The notes under the pieces are model-generated. The model saw only the letters and a program-made list of their open reading frames with translations, was not told where the DNA came from and did no database searches. A stretch of DNA of 64,000 nt from Octopus vulgaris (Eukaryota): contig OX597836.1 in the NCBI GenBank assembly GCA_951406725.2, positions 31,000,001-31,064,000 of the forward strand, given 5' to 3'. A program made the translations under genes and the position numbers. This document shows positions 63,088 to 64,000 of this stretch, one piece after another (the first letter of the stretch is position 1; each line of letters starts with the position of its first letter).

Positions 63088-63813
63088 GAAGAGGGATTAT
63101 GATGGAGGAGGAGGAAGAGATGGGGTGGGAGGGTAGTAAAGGTGGTAATAATCCTTTCTACAATAGACACAAGGCCGGAAATGTTAGAGGAGGGTGGCTG
63201 GTCAATTACGTCAACCCCAGTGCACAACTGGTACTTATTTTTATGGACCCCAAAAGGATGAAAGACAAAGTTGACCTTGGTGGAATTTGAACTCAGAATG
63301 TAAAGGTGTAAAGCATTTTGCCTGGTGTGCTAATGATTTTGCCAGCTCGCTGCTGTAGGCAATGTGATAATAACAGAAGGGAGATTATGTGGGGTGGGGT
63401 GGGGGTGAAATATAAGGGTGGGAGGGGAGGGGATGCAGTAATAATGGAAGGGGCAGTAACATGCTGGTTGTTGATAAGGAGATTGAATATAAAAAAAAAA
63501 CATAAATGGCTTGATAAGAGAAGGGAGAGTGATAGGAGAGACAAGATGATGGAAGTGAGTGAGAAAGAGGGAGAGAGAGAGAGAGAGAGAGAGGGTTAGC
63601 GATATGAAAATGAATGATGTTGTGAGAGAGAAAGGATGATAGGTGTCAAAGAGGGGCAAAGGGGAGAGTCATTGGACAGAAAATGATGGATAACAATGAG
63701 GAAGAGTGATGGTTGAAAGGGATTGATTATGGACTGATCTAATGATAGCCTTTATTACATAGGCAGAATGATGGGGGTAGAGTGATAAAGAGCAAAAGTA
63801 GGCAGGCAGGGTT

Positions 63814-64000
63814 GAATATGGATAGATTCGAGGCCATTTCTCTTTAGATTCGAGAACATGGATAGATTTGTGAATATGGATAGATTCAAGGCCATCTCTC
63901 TTTAGATTCGAGAATATGGATAGATTCAAAGCCATCTCTCTTTAGATGCGGGAATATGGATAAATTTGTGAATATGGATAGATTCGAGGCCATCTCTCTT
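63814..64000. repeat. Minisatellite, unit ~40 bp (gaatatggatagattcgaggccatctctctttagattc)
   Basis: At least 4 variant units running to the window end. Confidence 0.85.

Noticed and set aside
63814-64000. Short regularly spaced repeats as a CRISPR array (also 11820-12730)
   Set aside because: No unique spacers, no cas genes and a eukaryotic context; these are minisatellite or SINE-fragment arrays.

Overview
AT-rich, microsatellite-saturated eukaryotic genomic DNA. The SINE, LINE and MITE repertoire points to a coleoid cephalopod, most likely Octopus (inference from recalled repeat families, not a database result). Only two credible host coding exons are visible, both on +: 13181-13602 (Ser/Thr/Asp/Lys-rich) and 54469-54596 (coiled coil). 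They join in frame across a ~40.9 kb intron, so almost the whole window is intron of one large gene, tentatively TBC1D2/TBC1D2B-like. The rest is nested mobile DNA: several modular tRNA-derived SINE families; (TAA)n-targeted R4/Dong, CR1, RTE, L1/Tx1 and Penelope-like retroelement fragments; and mariner/Tc1, hAT, piggyBac and Helitron non-autonomous elements. The most notable items are: (i) Penelope-type fold-back elements carrying minimal hammerhead-ribozyme motifs, one with a tRNA-derived head; (ii) a 555-bp non-coding (TAA)n-targeted element, one copy of which is fused to an R4/Dong 3' end; (iii) RTE-like 3' ends encoding tandem C2H2 zinc fingers; (iv) clear head/body/tail shuffling among SINEs. 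Nearly all ORFs in the supplied track are microsatellite or SINE artefacts. No rRNA, bona fide tRNA or CRISPR array was found. Coordinates were read by eye and repeat boundaries are approximate.
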